A DNA stretch of 64,000 nucleotides from the human T2T-CHM13v2.0 reference genome, Homo sapiens: NCBI RefSeq assembly GCF_009914755.1, contig NC_060926.1, one strand, 5' to 3'. The translations under genes and the position numbers were made by a program. Numbering within the stretch: the first letter of the stretch is position 1; every line of letters begins with the position of its first letter. The notes beneath the pieces were generated by a model. The model was not told where the DNA came from, did no database searches, and worked only from the letters and a program-made list of their open reading frames with translations. Below are positions 56,400 through 64,000 of the stretch, piece after piece.

Positions 56400-57283
56400 A
56401 AAAGCAAAGATTTGTGGTCAGAAGGATATTGGTTCAGGGGCAGGGGGCTCTGGTGGAAAAAAAATCAGAGGCAATAGTAATTGAAAACATGATCTGGAAC
56501 CATGCAAGCATTCCTTAAATGTTCTGTCTTCGGCCTCTCCCTCCTTTCATCTACCTTTAATAATGTTGTGAGGTTTCTTACTGCACAGAGATAATCATGT
56601 CCACTCCTACACTCAGAACCACCCCTGGCCACCTGCCATTACTGTTAAAGTACAGAATAGAAGGCTATTTAGTAGGCCAGCTGTCCTCATTTTGCACATT
56701 AGGAAGTTCAAGCATTTTGTTCTCAAGAGAGAACAAAAGGTGTGGCCAAGATCTCATTTGCCAACCCAGGTCTCACTCAGATTTCAGCCCATTCCCTTAG
56801 TCTGCCTTGTTCCTTGAGCCCTAATTAAAAGGAAACTCTAACTTGGATTTGTCAGACTCATTCAACAAAATTAAGTAATTACAGGGCAGACTGTCTCCTG
56901 TCTTAAGGCAGAAGTATTCCCTAGAACAGGCCTAGGCAGTACAAAATAAATAAAGCTGCAGGTGCTAGAAACTCCCTTTCTGGCCATAGACAGGACTGTA
57001 CCATGGTAGTTACATTTCTCTCTGGGTCACCTGCAACCATGGGGCTCCCTAAGCTGGACATGCGCAGGTGGTGCAAGGAGGGGTGAGCAGGAGAAAGGAT
57101 GATACTGATGGAGTCAACCACAGAGCCACAAGCCATGCACCCCATCAACAACACATCCCCATTCGGCCCTAAGTGCAAATCCTCATCAAGAGAATCACCA
57201 TCCTTGAGTGAGACAGTGGCAGATGGCACACACCCATCACCAGAACTGCAGAGCAGGGAGAAGTCTGTGTGTGCATGTACATG

Positions 57284-57285
<2 letters not shown>

Positions 57286-57330
<45 letters not shown>
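57286..57330. repeat. (TG)22 microsatellite
   Basis: Read directly from the sequence. Confidence 0.95.
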
Positions 57331-57331
<1 letters not shown>

Positions 57332-58280
57332 CGGGCAAGGAGGGTTCACCAAGAACCAACCCCAGGGCTGACCCCAATACAAGTTTCTGCTGTGGCTTCC
57401 CCAGGCCACTCATCTCAGCACCACACACACACATAAAACGGGACAGGTCATGATAAGATGCTGGCTGGTGGTCTTCCTTTCCTGTGCCCTTCACCTCCTC
57501 TCTCATACTTACTTTCTTCTGCTTTTGCCTCAGGCCTGCCCTATTTCCCAAATCAAAAATCAGGACACAAGATCTGGCAAGCACTATTTCTGATCAAGTG
57601 ATTCATTCCTACCAAAAGCTTCACTGAAGTAGAGATTTTAATCACATTTAATAACACAACGAATGGCTTGACCTCTGTAAACAGAGGATAGAAAATAAAG
57701 CCAGGTTTCAAGGACAGGTGTCATTTGCTTGTGTGTACCTAGAGGTCTTCTGAACCTAAAAATTTATCCTGAACTTCTAGGCAATGCACCAGCAAGGCAG
57801 GCACAGAGTGAAAGCTAGGGCAGCTGTCACTACCCACTCTACTTTAGGGTCAAATCCAGCCAAAGGTCAATAAATGCATTTGCTTTCAATTCACCTGCTC
57901 TGTGAGGGTGAAGGCAGCACAGAAGGCAGAGAAGCCTCTGTTCTGCTGACTGGGCTCCCACGCAGTCCCCATTCAGAGGCTGATAATTAGGCTAACTAAA
58001 TCTTTTAATCTCAAAATTGGAAAACATGACTTCACGTGGTTCTGTAAATGTTAATGACCAATAAAACCAGCTGTAGCACCACATTTGGTTCAGTTTATTA
58101 ATGTGCTATTTTAGATGAGCTGAAGTAGAAAGAAATTCCATTATCCAACTTGAAAAGCCCTTCCCTGTGTGCACCCATTTATATAGCACTTTTATTCTAC
58201 TAGAAACTCAGATACTCAATTTGTCCCTTCCTTTTAGGGCTTAGTTTTTGTTGTCATTTGAGTTTTGTTTGGTTTGGTTG

Positions 58281-58282
<2 letters not shown>

Positions 58283-58318
<36 letters not shown>

Positions 58319-58336
58319 ACGCATGCACGCACGTGT
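58283..58336. repeat. (GT)17 plus GCAC-type alternating tract
   Basis: Read directly from the sequence. Confidence 0.9.
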
Positions 58337-59234
58337 TTGGCATCATTTTGGCAAAGAAGCAGTTAAGTGAAGATGAGTGGACCCAGGGGGCCAAGACACT
58401 TCCAGCTCATCTCAGCTCCCACAGCTATTGCTTCCCAGAGCTCAGACACTGGCCTCTACTTCTTGCTCAAAGGTCTCCATCTTTCAATCATCAAGATCAA
58501 TCCTGTACTACTTTGCTTGATCCACAGCAAAAACGAATAACAGCTCCACTAACAGAAATCCAGGGACTGCATATTTAAAACTTCAATCTATGGTTGCCTC
58601 GGCAAATGCTTATGAAGTGTTTTTCATTCATTCATTCATTTCATAAGCATACCTTACTTTTTCAGGTACAGAATACAAAGCAAGCTCATTAAGTGAGAAT
58701 AATCCATTCATTCCTTTCATTCAGCAAATACCTAAAGACTTACTACATGTCAGGCACTGTTCCAGAGGCTGGAAAATACAGAGCAGAGCAAGACAGACAG
58801 TGCTTTGCTCCCACAAAGTTTATTTCAAGTCAATGAGACAGACCACAGACAAACACATAAATACTTAGTAGAAGGTTGAGCAATAACAGGTGCCCTGGAA
58901 AACATAGTAAGGCTGAGTAAGAAGGGAGAGAGGGATGGGATTGCTACTTTAGATGGGGAAGTTGAAGAGCAGTCTGGATACAATTATAGAGTAAGTCATG
59001 TTCTTGCAGAGGGAAAACGTTTAAGATGCAAAGGAGTTGGGGAAAGTTGTCAGCAAATGATGGTAGGGGGTATATTGGGTAGGCCACTGTAGGCCACCGA
59101 AGAGTTTGAGACAATGGGGAGAGCTTTACAATCTGATTTACATTGTAACAGGGGGAGTGGGGACAAGAATAGAAGTAGGAAGACCAATTAGGAAGCCAGT
59201 ACAATAATCTGTAGGCAAGAGATGTAATGGTAGC

Positions 59235-59663
59235 TGCTATGATCTGAATGTTTGCGTGCCTCCAAAAGTCATATGTTGAAATCCCCAAGGAGATGGTATT
59301 AGGAAGTGGTGCCTTTGCAGTGTCTAGGTCATGAAGGTGGAACCCTTATGAATGGGATTAGCGCCCTTATAAAAGAGGCACTAGGGCTGGGCATGGTGGC
59401 TCATGCCTGTAATACCAGCACTTTGGGAGGCCGAGGCAGATGGATCACGAGGTCAGGAGTTCTAGACCAGCCTGGCCAAGATGGTGAAACCCCGTCTCTA
59501 CTAAAAATACAAAGATTACCTGGGCATGGTAGTGGGCACCTGTAATCCCAGCTACTCAGGAGGCTGAGGCAGAGAATTGCTTGAACCTGGGAGGCGGAGG
59601 TTGCAGTGAGCCAAGATTGCGCCACTGCACCCCAGCCTGGGCAACAGTGTGAGACTCCATCTC

Positions 59664-59694
<31 letters not shown>

Positions 59695-59904
59695 GGCACT
59701 AGGGAGCCCAGTCACCCCTTCCACTATGTGAGGTTACAGCAAAAAGTTGGCCATCTAGGAAGTGGACCCTCACCAGACACCAAACCTGTCAGTACTTTGA
59801 CCTGTGACTTTCCAGCCTCCAGAACTGTGAGAAATAAGTTTCTGTTGTTTGTAAGGCAACCCGTCTAAGGTATTTTGTTATAGCAGCCAGAACAAACAAA
59901 GACA
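59235..59904 (+). mobile_element. MLT1A0-type solo LTR containing an Alu
   Basis: Starts 'tgctatgatctgaatgtttgcgtgcctccaaa' and ends 'ttatagcagccagaacaaacaaagaca'. Confidence 0.85.
59385..59693 (+). mobile_element. AluSg-type element with (TAAA)n tail
   Basis: 'ggatcacgaggtcaggagttc'. TSD AGGCACTAG at 59376-59384 and 59694-59702. Confidence 0.9.
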
Positions 59905-60101
59905 GTGTCTTAGCCTAGGTTTGTTGTGATAGAGGGAGTCATAAATGGCTGGATTTACTATACCTTCCCATGGTAGCACCAATTGGATTTGTTGATGGAT
60001 GTGAAATGAGGATAAAGATAAGAGAAGAAACAAGAATGATCCAAGGTTTAGCCGTGATACAGTTTTTTAGTTTGCAAGATATTTTCACATATATTATCTA
60101 A

Positions 60102-60565
<464 letters not shown>

Positions 60566-63500
60566 TCTGCGTGCCAGGAATGAGGAGGATGAAGGGATGA
60601 GGAGGAGGAGGAGGATCCAACGGTCTCCTGAAGGTTAAATAATTTACTTACAGCCACACGGTCAGGATGCAGGGATTCTGACTGCAAACCCAGTGCCCCC
60701 TCCACCTCTCCATGTTTGTGAGACATAATTCCTTACAACCTATTGGGGAACCAGAACCCCCACCATGTAACAATTATCTGAAACATCATGGTTTCATTAG
60801 AGGTCACAATTTAGGGATCGCAGGATAGGCTTCAGAGAGGAGACCAAATTCATCTTGGCTGTGAAAGTGAGTAGAATTCAGGTAAGGAAAGGAGCAGAGA
60901 GAGGACTGCAGAGGAGGGAGAAGTCTGTGTGTGCACGTGCACACATGTGTATGTGCGTGTGTGTTGGGGCAATGAGAGGGAAGTCGCTGAGGGAGGAGAA
61001 CCACATGAACAAAGCCCAGAGCTACCTGACACTGATAAATCACTCTCCCCATCACATTCTGCCCACCAGACGTATTGATCCTGAACTAATCAAGTAGAAA
61101 GAGTCATTGGGGAAAAAATAACGGGCTTAAAAAAATAAATCCCTCTCACACGATTACTTCTCCAGGAAAGCAAGCTGTGCCCAGCTGATGGCAAATTTGT
61201 CAAAGGGCAAGGTGGACATGGAGGACGGAAAAGGAGGGGAGAGGATATGGGAGGACAAGCCCCTACCAGAGAGAACCACGTGCCTGCTGCTGTTTGCTTT
61301 TTAGCCTGTATTCAGTGCGCCCAGCTTCAGTGTAACATCTGGGCTCAGTGCAGGCCTGATTTAATAATATGTTGGGATCTGGCATTTGCTGCAGTCCCGC
61401 AGTGGCAGTAAATAGTGACAGGGAAGATGTGTACCAGACCTAATTTGCCCCCTTTTTCTACTTAGAAAGGCACATTAATATTTAATAGAAGAAAAATAAT
61501 TCATGCAGATTTGAAAGCAAAATCCATGAAAAGGCACATTTAAAAAGCTGGGGGGAAATGGGTCTGTTTAGGAAAGCTCAATTTTCCCCTTAAACGAACT
61601 AAAGCTCATTATTTATTTGCATGGAGGCAACCTAGGCAAATTTCACCCACCTGCCTCCTCCTGTATTTTGGTTCCATGGCTATAAACATCCCCTAACTTT
61701 CCACCCAGGCCTTGTGTTTATGTCTCTTCAGTCTGTTGCTGGAAACTCAGCAGCAATGCAAAGACAGCCTCCTGCTTATCATGTTGGGCGGGGAGTTGAA
61801 AGGAGCTGAGTCTTCTTGTGTCACAAATGTCTCTTAGGACAACTCTGAGGCCTGGATTTGGGTCCCCCATTTCTGTTAACTACAGAACAGGTGTAAGAAA
61901 GTTGGAGCTTGGGATAACTTAAGAAAGGACTGTGCATGGTGTTATGGTCTGGGTGGGAAACAACGCGCCCCCATCCAGGCAGCCCTTGTATAGCTTTCTT
62001 CATTGAGATTCTAGGTGACCAGTGCCCTTCTACTGCACCTTCAACCTGGACTTGACTCTGGGACACCCCATAAAAAGATCTATGCCTAGGCCTTTTTCCA
62101 TCCTCTCACACCCATCAAAACTTACCAATTTTGTGTCCTATCACTGCAGGGGCCTGCCCTTGACATCCCAAACTGACAGTTCCCAACTAGTCCATCCTAG
62201 TGTTCATCAGCACATTGGTGTGACACCCAACGAAGCACACATGTATTTTATCAAGGGCCCTTTAGAGGCCATGCCTACCTTCAGACTGGTGTGACTTTCA
62301 GCCACATGGTAGAGCCTTTGCGCCCCTTTAACTGTACCATATCAGGGGGCCCGAGCCTGCTTCCACAAAGCAGATCCTATACAATGCTGCAGTGAGTCTC
62401 ATCCAAGGACCCCAACACCATATCCTCCCCGTCACATCAGCCAACACAGTGGGCTCTCGCTCCTCTGCCACACCAGTGTCATTTCTGTCTGCATCCTAAA
62501 AATCACTTTCAAAAAGTGCGTCACTCTTCTACAGCCTGGGACTTAATTACCCTTCACCTGTGATGGGCGCCAGCTTGCCTTGATGAAGAGAAGACAAGGG
62601 AGCCCCGCTTGCTCCTTTGAACAGAAAGCAAATTCCCCGGGCAGAGGGAAAAAACTCAGCCCCACAGGCACCCATGGTACGGTGTTCAGCCCTTTCCCAA
62701 GCGGGCAGGGGTAATTCCCAAGCCACACCAGCAGGTTTTCATTTGGCCCAATTTTGCCTCATTTCCTCTAAAATTGTTACTGCAATGATTTAATGTTCAG
62801 GGCTGGGAACAACATATCTTCCCCCTTCTCTCTCTCTCTCCACGAACCACCATCCCTTGAGGATGAAACTGAGACCTCAGCATGGCAGGTCAGAACCATT
62901 TAATAAACGTAAAGCCAACATTTTTTCTACATAAATAATGTAATTTTTGTGTGGAAGGGACCGTGGACTTTTTTTTCACGATGAATAGGCCCATTATAAG
63001 CTGCATCTGACCAACAATCTTTTTCGAATTGTTCTTTCCTGAGCTTTCAACTTAGCAAATATTTCCTGATACTAAATCACCATAAGCCACATTTTATGTC
63101 ACTGTGAATTTGCTCAAAATAAGTTCTATCCACTTCCTTAGATTCTACTCAGAAAGGTCCCTCAGCAAAGATTTGGCTGTTGAAGAGCTTTTTTTTTCTT
63201 TTTTCTTTCCTCTTTTTTAAATCTAGGGGGATGTTGAGGGAAATGACTTAGGGAGGTATGGTAGGATTTAGAAAGAAAAAGAAAAATTAGAATCCCTGGG
63301 AGTTTTCACCATGAAAGCAAAGCTTATTTAGAATATGCCTATTTTCTTAAAACCAACAGGAAAGAAAGAATTGCGCTTGCAGAGTGTGCTGTTCTCCAGC
63401 GAGAGGTCCAGTGGGACAATTCGCAGGGGGACTAGGTCAGCTCAGCCTGTCTCTGCTGCTAAAAAAAATACTCCGGAGAAAGCTACAACTTCTCTAGGGG

Positions 63501-64000
63501 GTAATATCTGTAGGTAACCACGGATGGAAACTGAGTATTAATTATCCCTTCCTGTGTTTTATATTTTCTGATTTAACAGACATTGGAAAGCCAGACATTG
63601 ATAAAAATGACAGGAAATATTCTTAGTCAATTAAATCACCATGATGTCAGGCCTAACATCTGCTCTATGAACCCTGCAGAAATGTGTAACATTAATATTT
63701 AATAAAAAATAGCCCGGGTATGGACTCAACAGCCATTTCACCCTGTGCTCCCAGGATGTTCACTTCAGATCTTATAACCTTATGAAATGTAAATACATAG
63801 GTTTCTCCCCCAAGTCACTCTCCTCCTTAGCATTGGAGGAAGCTTTGCTTTCATTCTCACAGGACCACACACCTTCCAGTCATCCCATGATTCCCTCCAG
63901 TTTCTGCTCAGTGAAGGCAGCTGTCATGGGACTGACCGTAGGCCACACTAATCTAAATGGAGAGACATCATGCACCGGGACAGTGAGCCCCATATTCCAG

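Larger units (their letters stand above)
58700..60050 (-). mobile_element. L2 remnant interrupted by an MLT1A LTR
   Basis: 'cattcagcaaatac...tactacatgtcaggcactgttc' through 'gaagaccaattaggaagccagtacaataatctgtaggcaagagatg'; resumes after 59904. Confidence 0.65.

Noticed and set aside
56921-57584. Overlapping ORFs with HTHT/CVCV runs
   Set aside because: These are translations of the (TG)n microsatellite.
63415-63505. Two CTCF-like AGGGGG motifs
   Set aside because: Both miss key core positions (no GGC); weak matches only.

Overview
Primate (human or great-ape) genomic DNA, AT-rich and CpG-depleted. I can recognise no host protein-coding exon, structural RNA gene or prokaryotic system. Every long ORF in the track comes from LINE-1. 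The window holds a young 5'-truncated L1PA2-type insertion (3033-5493, uninterrupted 741-codon ORF2 frame) and a full-length decayed L1PA6/7-type element on the minus strand (44593-50736) that splits a FLAM monomer and has an 18-bp target-site duplication (TSD). It also holds a complete THE1D provirus nested with Tigger4a inside an ORSL hAT element, several Alus, MLT1 LTRs, L2/MIR remnants and microsatellites. The first ~2 kb looks like a promoter/first-exon region, probably of a gene lying left of the window; I do not name the gene. Signals not explained by known repeat families are a 46-bp near-perfect palindrome, a 24-bp perfect palindrome, a short dispersed duplication 3.66 kb apart, 31-bp-period tandem duplications and CpG-retaining enhancer-like segments. 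I found no evidence for a wholly new biological system. Repeat subfamily names come from my recall of consensus sequences and need RepeatMasker/Dfam confirmation.
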